Shown here: positions 53,003-64,000 of the stretch, piece by piece
Position numbering within the stretch: the stretch's first letter is position 1
Layout of the letters: each line of letters starts with the position of its first letter
Assembly (NCBI GenBank): GCA_028023455.1
Contig: JAQFVV010000002.1
Coordinates: 19,158,001 to 19,222,000 of the forward strand
Direction: 5' to 3'
DNA length: 64,000 nt
From: Epiperipatus broadwayi
Lineage: Eukaryota; Animalia; Onychophora
Program-made: the position numbers and the translations under genes
Notes under the pieces: generated by a model
Told to the model about the DNA's origin: nothing
Databases searched by the model: none
Seen by the model: the letters and a program-made list of their open reading frames with translations, nothing else

Positions 53003-53920
53003 AAAGTTTTGGTGTAAAAATAAAGTATTGTTAAGTGTATAAAAAAGTGGGAAATGATATCATATGTAAATAAATATAGAAATTAATACATAAAGAAAGG
53101 AGGAAGAAGAAGAAAATTTTAGATCATACCCATGAATGATATTTAGTGTTTTTTAACTATTACTCACTAGTAGTGATTTAACAAAAAGATTTTATTATAT
53201 AAATTACTTTCATTTAATATTTAATTTTGATAAATAATGATTTTTTTGACCACACATAAATATCTTGGCAATTTTTTTGGCCACATTTGATAAATGTTCT
53301 AGAGGCTATAAAGATTATGGCTGTGTGTATAATTCCTTGATATTTTATTTACTAAACATTTTTGTTATTAACTTTGGCCTATTTGTCAAATGTCACTTAT
53401 CAATAAATAAAAATGTCCAATATATTGTAACCAGTTGGCTATATATCTCCATTAAAAATAATTAGATAAGTTGGCAGCATGTTCTTCAGGTTTAAGTATG
53501 CCATTTTTTTATGCTTATACTATTTTCATTGTGAAAATACATGAAACAAACATATTAATTTAATTATGAAAAAAAAAAGAATACAAATGTTTTTCAATTA
53601 TGTTTTCTTTACAAAAGATTCATAAACATTATATTATTTCCATATTCTTTTGTTTTTCACAAACATATTATATTATTTTAAAGAAACTAATTTTATTGTT
53701 GAAAAAATGAAAATGATTACTTAGCATCTTCTTGTCAACTTTCATATGTACATAGTGGTTCCACCAATGAAAATCAATCATCATAACTCATATATATATA
53801 AATACATATATATATTTGTATAAAAATATATTTACAATGAAAACATTATATGCTTAAAATTTATAACTCATTGCACACACTTTAAATGCATGAATAAAGC
53901 ATCTGAAAAAAGCAAATGAT

Positions 53921-53990
53921 TCAAGAAACATTTCTGGTGAACTAGTAGTCTTCAGTTCGTCCAGGTCACCATTTCTTTTGCATTTTCATC
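53921..53990 (-). repeat. Diverged family-C-like hammerhead remnant
   Basis: GGTGACCTGGACGAA CTGAAGA CTACTAGTTCACCA GAAA TG... parallels the family C sequence GATGACCTGGACCAA CTGATGA. Confidence 0.45.
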
Positions 53991-54330
53991 ATTTTCAAAT
54001 AATATTTATCAATATCAAATTATAACTTAAACTGCATGAAATTTGGCTAAACTGAGTTATAATAAGTTAATACTACTAAAGTTATATTTTACAAATAATG
54101 CACTTAAAAGAAAAGTAAAATTATTATTATAGTTGTAATTATGAAATAGTAACCCACTTTGAGTGACCATCAAAATCTCTTAAAATCAGATTAAAATGTC
54201 TAAATTAAATTAATTCATGCAAATGTCATACTTAAGTATAAAGATTATTTGTCCATGTATATACAGTAGAATCAAACATACACTATATCACCCTCACATG
54301 CATTGCCATTTTATATAATAGCTCATGTTT

Positions 54331-55720
54331 TGTTGATAAACTGATTACAATATTGTCATATCTCACCTTGCCTTCTGAATGGACTAATCCAGATTCCTTC
54401 CTTCTCTGATCAGATTGAGCATTCATTGCCACTAACCAAGTCAATGGTTAGTATGGGCCAATAGGCAATGATGCTCTCTGAATCTGATTGGTCTAATAAG
54501 GTTGGGTATCTGGCAATAAATAGTCAGTCTTTTTTGAGGTAATGAGAGAATATCTGTCTAACCTAAGTGATGGTTCCTTTTCCATTAAACCACTGCTAAC
54601 AGTGAGATTTCCATTATAGCCATTATGCTATAGATCTATGCAGTGAGGCAAGTTCACAATAAGACTGGAGCTGACTTGAAGCAAGATGACTGGTACAGCT
54701 GAAAGAGTCATTGGACAAACTCACAAGGCAGGCTGTTACATACAGCTGGACGTGAGTCATATCTTTTGGGCACCACTGACTCTACATTAATTGAGGTATA
54801 TATGTGGCTGTATATTCATTGACATTGTATATTATGTAAAATATATTTAATCCTAATAAATCATATTAATTGAACTTCAGGTGTTCATATTTTTTTGTGA
54901 CTGTTGGTTTGAGTCTGCAATCCAGACCAAACACAACAGAATTGGTGTTATCTGACAAAAAAAATATTTTCCCTCAAGACTGGAAAAATAGAGTAAATAC
55001 ATAAGTGTGCAGTTAAAGACATTCATCATATTTACAATACAGTGATTATTAAAATCACTATTCTGCCCAAATGAAAATCAGATTTGGGGAGAAAAAATTG
55101 ACTGCAAACATTATAGGCATGTTGATTGAACTCAAACCAATAATAAGGGTGTTACTCATAATATAGCAACAGAAGCTCTTCCTAATAGATTGTTAGGTTT
55201 GTCATTATCATTTTTGAACAGTTACAAACTATAGCTGTCAAATTAACATTATGATTGGTAACTCGCAATTGTTTCTCTCATGACATATAGAGGGAAAATT
55301 ACAAAATAGCTAATTTTGCTGGCTCCATGATAGCTTTTGATCCAGTCTATCCTGAGGGCTGGTCAAACTATAAGGAGTAATTAATTTTTTACCTCCAAGT
55401 TAACTAGATCAAGAAGCCTGCTGTAAAATTGGCATATTAATAATGATAATAGGACCTCAGAGATATGAGATCCTGAAATCACAATCTATGTCAAAAAAGC
55501 CATCTCATCTAGATTTTGACAAAACATTAACAATACTCACAGATTATTCTTTTACCAAAACCTCTGAGAATAATGCAGAGATATTATTTCAATCTCTGCA
55601 TCCAAGAGCATGGGGGAAAAGCCAGAGAGTTTGCAATGTAAATCCGGACATTGGCATTAAAGTGTGACTTTAAAGATTTTCTGAATGATGCATTCCATAA
55701 TCGTTTTATTGTTTATTGAA
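54331..55720 (+). mobile_element. Old Gypsy element: probable LTR (54331-54938) and degenerate gag
   Basis: TGTTG...CAACA termini with AATAAA/ATTAAT signals and tggtgt shortly after. Broken gag frames read FDPVYPEGWSNYKE, IIGPQRYEILKS, KKPSHLDF and DFLNDAF. Confidence 0.6.
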
Positions 55721-56302
55721 TTGCAAGGATACATTATTTTTAAACATGCATATATATAATAACTAAATTAACATATTAACTGCTGGGAAAAGTTTATATA
55801 TATAATAACTAGATTAATACTACAACACTGATTTATTGTGTAAATGAAATTCTCTCAATTTAAAATACAAGATAAAGTCTTTTGAAAAGATAAGAATAAA
55901 TAGTCATATTCTTTTAGAATGCTCTGGGAAATATTTTTTTTAACATTTTTCTTTTATAGAAACACAATAAGACTAATCTCTTTATTTAAAAAACTATGAT
56001 TTTTTCAATTGTTTTAATATTTTTATGTATTAACTTTAAGTATGTTCTAACATTTTATAAAACATTTAGCATTACATTTAGAAAATATTTTATTATATAA
56101 AATATTGTGTATCATATTTGGGAAAATTGATAAAGGAAAAATAAAATGTAAGTGCTCTCAAACCAAGCAAATTTTATAATGTACACAATCATTTATGATA
56201 CTCTGATACAGAAAAATGACAGTTGGTATAATTTAAAATTTATTTACAAATTTCATTTGAAAAATCGGATTATTTTTAAGTGCATAGGAAGTATGTATAT
56301 AC

Positions 56303-56842
56303 TTTTAGAGAAAGGCTCTAACCTTTATCATATGCATCTTGAACATTTATAATAGTCAAACAATGTCTTTCTTTTGACCATCGAGGGATACCTCAAACCT
56401 CAACACAAGCTAATGACTTTATAAAGATAAGAACAGCCATCTTATCTTTAACTTAAATTCCCACTTATATAGGCCAAATCGGAAGCATCTTCATTTGAGA
56501 GTGTGAAACTGTTAGTCTCATTTTTTAGTCCATTATTTTCTTTACAATCATAATATTAAATCATTGTAAATCACCAGCTTTTGTGAAGATTAATTTGTAA
56601 AGGAAGTAGTGGACTTAAAAATTGAAAAGACTAACAGCTTCATGCTCCCAAATCAAGATGTTTCAGATTGGTCTATATAAATGGAAATTTAAGTTAAAGA
56701 TAAGACAGCCATTCTTATCTTTATAAAGTTGCTATCTTGTATCAAGGTTTGAAAGGTCTCTCTCTAGTCAAAAAAAAGACATTGTTTGACTAGTTTAAAT
56801 GTTCAAGACACATATGATAAAGCTTAAAGCCTTTCTCTAAAA
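56303..56842. repeat. Diverged foldback of about 540 bp
   Basis: ttttagagaaaggct...tagtcaaacaatgtcttt...cttatctttaacttaaattcca...ctgttagtct is mirrored on the opposite arm. Confidence 0.8.
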
Positions 56843-58199
56843 AAATTATTTGTATAAATGTGCTCACATTCAACACTCAGTAATGGAAAATGGATGTGTA
56901 AGTATCATAAAATGTATTAAATTTGCAAATTTTAATGTTTTTTTTGTTTGTTTGTTTATTTATACTTTTTTTAGTTGCTTACATTTTCTTATGATAACAT
57001 TAAGTTGAAGTTATGCACTTCAATACGGAATAGTTCCTGGCTTTACAGTACATAATTTTGTTAACATGGTAAATAAAAATTCATATTGTAATATTTAAAT
57101 AGAAGGTAATCAACTTTTTACATGTGTACTGTCCTGTTATATTAATTTTTGTTGAATGTGAGAAAACTATTGATTAAGGCACAATATAGAGATATTTGAA
57201 AAATAAGAATGACGATGTGTGAAGAGTTGATTACGTTCTATTTAAAATTCCATCCAGTTTGAAATTGCACTACCAAATCTATTAGTCAATTACATAAATT
57301 TATATTCTGCAAACCATGTTTAAAATTTATGGTCATACTATGCAATTTTCAAATAAAGTTATAAAAATGTTTCTATTTAAAATAAACATTTAATCTAATA
57401 TAATAAAAAAAATACAGTTAATATTCTCAAAGGATGCCAATAGATAGTGACCAAATATTTTATTCAAATTTTAATTCACCTAATTGAAAATGTAGCTGGA
57501 AAACATAACTTTATCATTTTTTAAAAAAACAATTCTCATATATAGTTAAGTAAATTACATTTATAAATTATGTATATGGATGTGAATATTTTCAATATGT
57601 TATAGGTATATTTGTTTATATGTTAAATACTTTTGACATGCATATTGTGTATATATATATATATGCATACACACTTTTATGTAAATTGATATATATTTAA
57701 TATAATGGGTTATACGCTATAATGTTTGATATTCAGATACATCGATTTTTATTTAGTAAAATATGCATTATCTAGCTGTTTGTATACACATAAAATTACC
57801 ATACATAGAGATAGTATACAATATATAAAAAATGGTTTTTACATAAAAAAAAAATATCTTTCTTTTTTTTTATAAACTCAAAAATTTAATTATGTATAAA
57901 ATTTATAACTGAAAGTACTAATATTGTTTGCTGGGTGTTGCCACATGATTTTCAATCTTAATAACTTTGATTGAATAATTTTAATATTAACATATAGCAC
58001 ATAAGGTTTAAAGAATATTTTGGATAATGGGAACTGACAAAATAAATTTAAGTGAGAGTAAATTCAGAAATGAAAACATTATATAATCATTGCTATTATA
58101 ACTACAGTGCCACAAACTACATTATATGTACAGCATGCATATATAAATTAAGATTATAATATAGATAAAATTTAATAATATACAATACAATGTGATGCT

Positions 58200-59150
58200 C
58201 TGTAGTTTCTCCTTTCTCAAAGTCAGGAATCTCTCAATTGTTATGGCCAGAGAGACCTGTTAGATACCTTACCTTCCATTTCCATTCCCCACCCTAAGTT
58301 TTTCCCCATTTTCTTTTCTATCCTGCTCCATCCCATTCCTACAATATTATCCTTGCCCACTCTATGGCCTTTATGTCTAAATATACCTTTTTCCAAACCC
58401 AGCATGAAAGCTAAAAACCCACTTTCTGTATAATCATTCTGTTTATATTTAGTCGCCCAAAACTTCATTATTCATACCCTTTCTGCTTGTAAGCATTTGC
58501 ACTCAATTAACAGATGCCTAATATTTTCTATACCTTACTTACATAACTTGCAGACTAAATCACCAACATTTCTCTATTTATGTGTATATTCCCTTATTGT
58601 TAATGATCCTGTTTCAGCCTTAAACAGTAAAATACTTTCCTTGCTACTATCATAAATTAACTTGCAATCAATATTCTGTTTACTTTTATATATATTTAAA
58701 CTCTTTTTATTCTCCATAATAATTCTCCATCTCTCCAACTCCCTATTTGTTATCAATACAAATATTCTTCCATTCCTTGCCACTATAATTCTCAACATTT
58801 CTCCGAAGACAATTATACCACCTCTTTCGCATACCAGACTATCTTTATCACCTATCTTCTTGCCTGTCCTTTTCTCATAATTAAATACTATTTTGGCTAT
58901 TTTCTTATTATCTATAAATTTCAATCTACTGAACATTTTACCTTTACTTTTTGCATCTCTCATATAAAAACATGACCATCCCATTTCTCCTTGAATTGCC
59001 TCCTTTGCCAATCACACATCTGCATCTAATGCATCTCTTCCTACTTCTCTTTGTACTTTTTCTAAGTAATCTAACACCCCTTTACTAACACATTATGCAC
59101 CATTACCATATGTTAACCCTGCTGCTTCCAATCTTTTCACTGTAGCAAAC
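58200..59150 (-). mobile_element. Non-LTR retrotransposon 3' fragment with C-terminal CCHC knuckle
   Basis: EAIQGEMGWSCF...RL post-RT motif, LFKAETGSL, and CKLCK*GIENIRHLLIEC at about 58500-58560. Confidence 0.75.
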
Positions 59151-59164
59151 TCTCCATACATTAG

Positions 59165-59902
59165 TGCCACCAAATGGAAGGCTTTGCAATCATTGAATGC
59201 AGGAAGGTTTGTGCATAAAATCCCTATCTAGTGTATACTCATCCAATATCCCCAGATTTTGTGGCTTTTATCACTGAGGAAACTTGGATCTAATGTAACC
59301 ACAAACTAGTCTGAAGATATTGAATGATTAGGCACTAAATTAAAAATTGTATTCATAAACCTTTATGCATTCATTGATTACTAAGGCTTTCCCTTGGTGA
59401 CTCTACTGTATGGAGAGTTTATTAGTGTTATTAATAACCTGTGTAAGCATATGACATGGTGATCATGTGATGTTTTGATGGTTTTACACCTATCCTGACT
59501 ATAGGATAACAGCAAAATGTATAGATACTGAACTGACTTTAAATCTGATCTGTATGACTATACAAGTGAGTGAGCTCAGACTGAAAACATTATTGTTTTC
59601 TTTGATTCCTAGCTTTTTAGTAAACTAAATAAGTAAAAGGTAGCTACTGGAGGGTTGCATTAGATCTTAAGATCTAACGGCAATGCTTTCAAATCCAAGG
59701 TTCCTCACTGATGAAAGCCACAAGCTAGAAACTAGTCTGGGAATGTTGGATGGGTTGCACTAGATAGGGATTTTATGCACAAACCATCTTGCATCCATTG
59801 ATTACTAAGGCTTGCACTTGGTGACACTACTGTACGGAGAGTGTGCTATTATTATTAACAGTTGCATAAGCATATGACATGGTGATCACATGATGTTTTG
59901 AT
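59165..59902 (+). mobile_element. Family A: inverted arm plus partial tandem dimer (period 424)
   Basis: tactgta-ggagag occurs at 59404 and 59828. The foldback spans about 59165-59420. Confidence 0.8.
59702..59743 (+). ncRNA. Minimal type I hammerhead ribozyme, family A (compensatory stem II variant)
   Basis: TCCTCA CTGATGA AAGC-CACAA-GCTA GAAA CTAG TC TGGGAA. AGC/GCT replaces GGC/GCC. Confidence 0.75.
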
Positions 59903-60316
59903 AAATAAAAATTTTAATAATAAATTGAGAGGACATATATTCATGTATTTACTGAGTGTGGGTTCACTTATGCATTCACTGAAGCTATAAGAATAAGAAG
60001 AAAAAAAATCCAGCTACCATATTTTTACTTTTAAAATGAAGTAAATGGCTGACTTCTATTACTATTCAATACACGCAGGGTGATATTCTTTTCTTTTTTC
60101 CATAATATTTTTCCTCTTATAGAAATGTAATAGACTAGTCTCTCTATCAAATTACCATTATAATTATTTTAATGTTTTAAAATCATTTATGTTCTAAAAT
60201 TTTACTCTTAAAAAATATTTTATTATGTGAAATATTGCACATCAAATTCAGAAAGAATAAAAAAAAAGAATAAAATATATGTGCTTTCAACATGAACTGA
60301 AGAAATTTTATAAATG

Positions 60317-60526
60317 AATATGTAATATATAGGGGTTTGAACTCAGACTTTCATATGACCTTCAAACTATCAACACTATCTCATGCTGCATGACACATTT
60401 GATCAAACACATGTTGAAAAGATAAATAATTATGTGTGTGATCAAGTGTGTCAGCAGTATAAGATAGTGTGGATAGTTGAGGGTTGTATAAAAGTCTGAG
60501 TTCAAACCCCCTATATATTACATATT
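60317..60526. repeat. Foldback of family-C-related sequence
   Basis: aatatgtaatatataggggtttgaactcagacttt pairs with aaagtctgagttcaaaccccctatatattacatatt. Confidence 0.75.
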
Positions 60527-61360
60527 GAAGTGCAGGTATGAAAAAGCCTGTACTGTAGGAAAATTCATATATTAATGAATATGATCATTTGTAGTACTTT
60601 GAGATAGAAAGACTATTAATGCCATAATTTAAAATTGTTTTTCTAAATTATGCTTTTATTTTTTAAAGATAATCGAATACAGTGCTCAGGAAGGTAAAAT
60701 GATTACTAAAATACTGGAAAATTTTGAAAATTTTAATGGTTCTTTATGTTTATTTACATTTTTGTTTGGTTACGTTTTCTTTGGATAGCATATAATTAAA
60801 GTTGTATAATTAGGAATAACATAGTTTGTGACTTCACTAATATTTGACTTTCTTTTTAAATATAAAATTAATTCATTGATTTTTATGTATGTTTTTGAAT
60901 TATTTATTTGATTAGTTTTCACATTTTGTTTCTTTGATTAATTTATTTAGACATGATTTTTTATTTCTGCTTTAAACAGTGAAATTATTAACAAAATATC
61001 ATAAAAGAAATCTGTAAAGATTCCAATTTGGAGATATATAGTTCCTAAGAATAGATTCAAAACTATTTAACCATGAGTTTTATGTTTTTGTGTTTGTCAA
61101 CATCTACACAGATCAGTGCCTATTATATTTCATTTATGGAACAATGAAAACAGTGAACAGAAGTTTTTTTGATTTAGTTGATGAGACTTCAATAACTTCT
61201 AGAAAGTTAAAATCCAATTTGCTTTACTACTGGATATGGAATAAGAATTTTTCTTGGAACATTACAAAAAATATACTTATTATGTCACAATACTTTGATT
61301 GCATTAAGTAGTGAAATTGTATCATGAATTATTGGCAAATCTGGCATTTTAACAACTTCT

Positions 61361-61394
<34 letters not shown>

Positions 61395-62484
61395 AATGAA
61401 AAAATTGTAACAGAATAGAAAGTAACTGCAAAGGGGTAGTTTTGACTATACTTATAAGATTTCTCATGGTCATATTTAATTGACAATCCCAAAATTTAGC
61501 TGTGAACATTTTTTTAGACAGAGGCATAGTGTTTATCAGAAGAATATTCTAGTGCTGAGAGAAGTGTTTATAAAGTGTCTACATTACAATCCCAAACAGT
61601 GCCAGAAAGTTTTTAGGAAGATTAGATTTAATGAGAAAGATAGTTTTGACTATGATACAAGCTTACTCTTAATTTGTATGGAATAATATTGTATTTCAGT
61701 TTTCTACTGCAAAAGATTATCAGATGGCTCGATTGGTCCCTGCTTTTTATATGAGAGGGTGAGATTTTTGTTTTTGTTGTTGTTGAAATGAGACTCCAAT
61801 ATTTAAAAATATTTTCAAACTTTTCCCATTCTTAATGAGAATTCTTTTTGTTTCTAGAAATTATCCATTTTGTGAAGACAATGCAATTTCCATAAGCATA
61901 GTTGAATTTTCTACATTCGGGAGCTGAAAGATTATTGATGAAGATATTAAATAAAGTAGATGAGAAAATCAAACCCATGATGGACTGTTCTGTAAAATGT
62001 TATATCTAGCATAGTTATCATTTAGTATTATTTGACCTTTTTATTGAAAGAATTTTGTCAATCAAATTAATGGTTTTCCTGAATTCAAGGATTTCAAAAC
62101 TTTTAGAACATTTTTCTAAAATAAAATCCTAAACTGAAGTTAGGTCAATAAAAGTAGAAATATTTTTTAACATAATTTGAAGCTTTTTCTTTAGTATAAA
62201 TTGTTAAAGATAAAATTTGTTTCACAATAGATTCTTTTATTATTCTTAGCCATTGGGAAATTTGTGCTAATATGATTCTTTTAAATAGCTTATACGAAAC
62301 GTATTATAATCATACTGGTGATAATTCTTTGAGTCGTTGCTGATATTATTTGATTCTAAGATTACTATGATTTTGGTTTAATACCTTCTTTTTCAAATAG
62401 TTTTTATATGAATAATATTACTGAATAGATTCTAAATATTTTAGAAACTCTGGAAAAATGCTATCTATTCCTGGAACTTTTTCT

Positions 62485-62825
62485 GGTTCTTGTTAAATAG
62501 CCACTGTACATCACTTGGTGGCACTCTTTCTGTGCAAAAACACAGAAATGTTCCATTTATGTGGTGAACTTATGGTGTATAGAACAGGTCTTTTCATATT
62601 AGCCATTAGCAGGCCTAGATGGCCCGCTGATGTGCTTCGCGATACTATGCAAATAGTGCAGACTTCATAGATCGCTACATTTCATTTACTATTAGAAGAA
62701 TAATGTACATTTTTAAATAAAAAGAAAACTGTTTTGTTTTATCCGGCCTGGAAACATTATATTAAAATATTTTTGCATAGAAGTAGTGCCACCAAGTGAT
62801 GTACAGTGGCTATTTAACAAGAACC
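62485..62825. mobile_element. MITE with GG...CC termini and perfect 8-bp TSD (related to 9024-9377)
   Basis: TIRs GGTTCTTGTTAAATAGCCACTGTACATCACTTGGTGGCACT and its reverse complement. TSD ctttttct at 62477-62484 and 62826-62833. Confidence 0.9.
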
Positions 62826-64000
62826 CTTTTTCTGCTTTAAGTCAATCAAATGCAAGTTTAAATTCACTAATATCTAATAGTTTTATTATACAATTCTGCT
62901 CTAATGATGCCTTTTCTCTCTCATAAGTCTAATATGTAAGATTGACAATCTCATTAGCAGTGACAATAATCGATTTTTAAGTGCTTTTATGATTTACAAT
63001 TATGTAAAATGATTTGACTTATAATTAGATCTTGTAAAGTTTTGTTTTTTAATAATATTTACACTTTTTTTAGTATTATACAATGATTTAATAAGTTTGT
63101 CAAAAAATTTCTGAAACTTTTAATAGAAATTATAAAGAGCTATGATATTTTTATTTCAATCGGGAGTAAATTGTTTTTATATATTTGAAGATGGCTCATT
63201 GATGCTGTTGTTATGATTTTTTCAAATTATTCATATCATGAAACAATTGAAGAGATTCTATTAATATTCCATTATATTCCATTTAATATATCCAATGTAT
63301 TAATTCCAGTCAGTTTCTCTTAAATTTAATCTCAGATCAAAATGGTGCAAGAATGATTAGACTTAGTTTACATTGGCTTCAGAGGAAGTGGTCCACTATC
63401 CGCAAATCAGGAGATAATGTTTAATCATTTTTTATCAAAGCAAAATACAAATCAATGGTTGCATTTATTCTACTCATCTTCTTGGATTTTTCCTTGTTGA
63501 TATTATAAAATAAATGCATGTTATTTAAATCCATCAATTCCAAAAATGTGACAATGTTTGTGCAGATATTCCTTATGTCTAAATGCTACAGTGAGAATTG
63601 ACATTTTTCTTTATATATTCAGAAGATATGAGAGTAGCCATTTTGGTTTGGAAAGTTTGTAAATTTTGCATACATAAAAATTCTCTATCCAAATGATAAT
63701 TGCAATATAGAATTATCTTTAACAGAAATTGTTTATTCTATATGATGGACTGAAACAAAGATGACTTCACCATGTTTGAAAGATCCACATAAAGATTCTC
63801 CTGAAATGCAATAACATCAATGTTCTGCTGAATAATTATTTTGTAAAGGGTGTTCATTTTTAATTTTGATACATTTTCAATATTAAGTTAAAGTAATTCT
63901 TTTTTTTTCTGTATGACAAAAAATTGCTTTGTAAAATATGTCATCATTAACAACAAGTTCAAAATAAAAACTTATTAGCATATAGTGAAAATTCATTTCA

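Larger units (their letters stand above)
50770..53050 (+). mobile_element. 5'-truncated Penelope-like element (RT C-terminus, GIY-YIG, 3' UTR hammerhead) with two nested family A insertions
   Basis: IKFTIEKENDNKLSYSDILL, EFKDNEYPEKII, GVYKIEYTSC...YYVGETKNSIYTRLVQHKY, resuming as SPIYLHSLETDHRF...RKIKEAIL after the first insertion. Hammerhead at about 52961-53002. Confidence 0.85.

Overview
Strongly AT-rich eukaryotic DNA, most likely from an invertebrate animal (inferred from the element families; the organism cannot be fixed from this window). It is almost all intronic or intergenic and crowded with mobile elements. The only host coding exon I can identify with confidence is the first coding exon of a metallophosphoesterase 1 / PGAP5-Ted1-family gene (minus strand, 27397-27665). 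The rest is decayed RTE and other LINEs, Penelope-like (GIY-YIG) fragments, two Gypsy LTR elements, MITEs, a tRNA-Gly-derived SINE and long microsatellites. Two things stand out. (1) At least four non-coding repeat families (A, B, C, E) carry a minimal type I hammerhead ribozyme with a palindromic stem III; A and C have units of about 420-470 nt. They occur as partial tandem dimers and foldbacks, and two copies sit inside a Penelope element flanked by target-site duplications, so they look like a Penelope-driven retrozyme system. (2) An internally deleted Gypsy element has lost most of pol and instead carries an intronless stretch that resembles host CEP83. All homology calls come from motif recognition and recall, not database searches. 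Many element boundaries are approximate.
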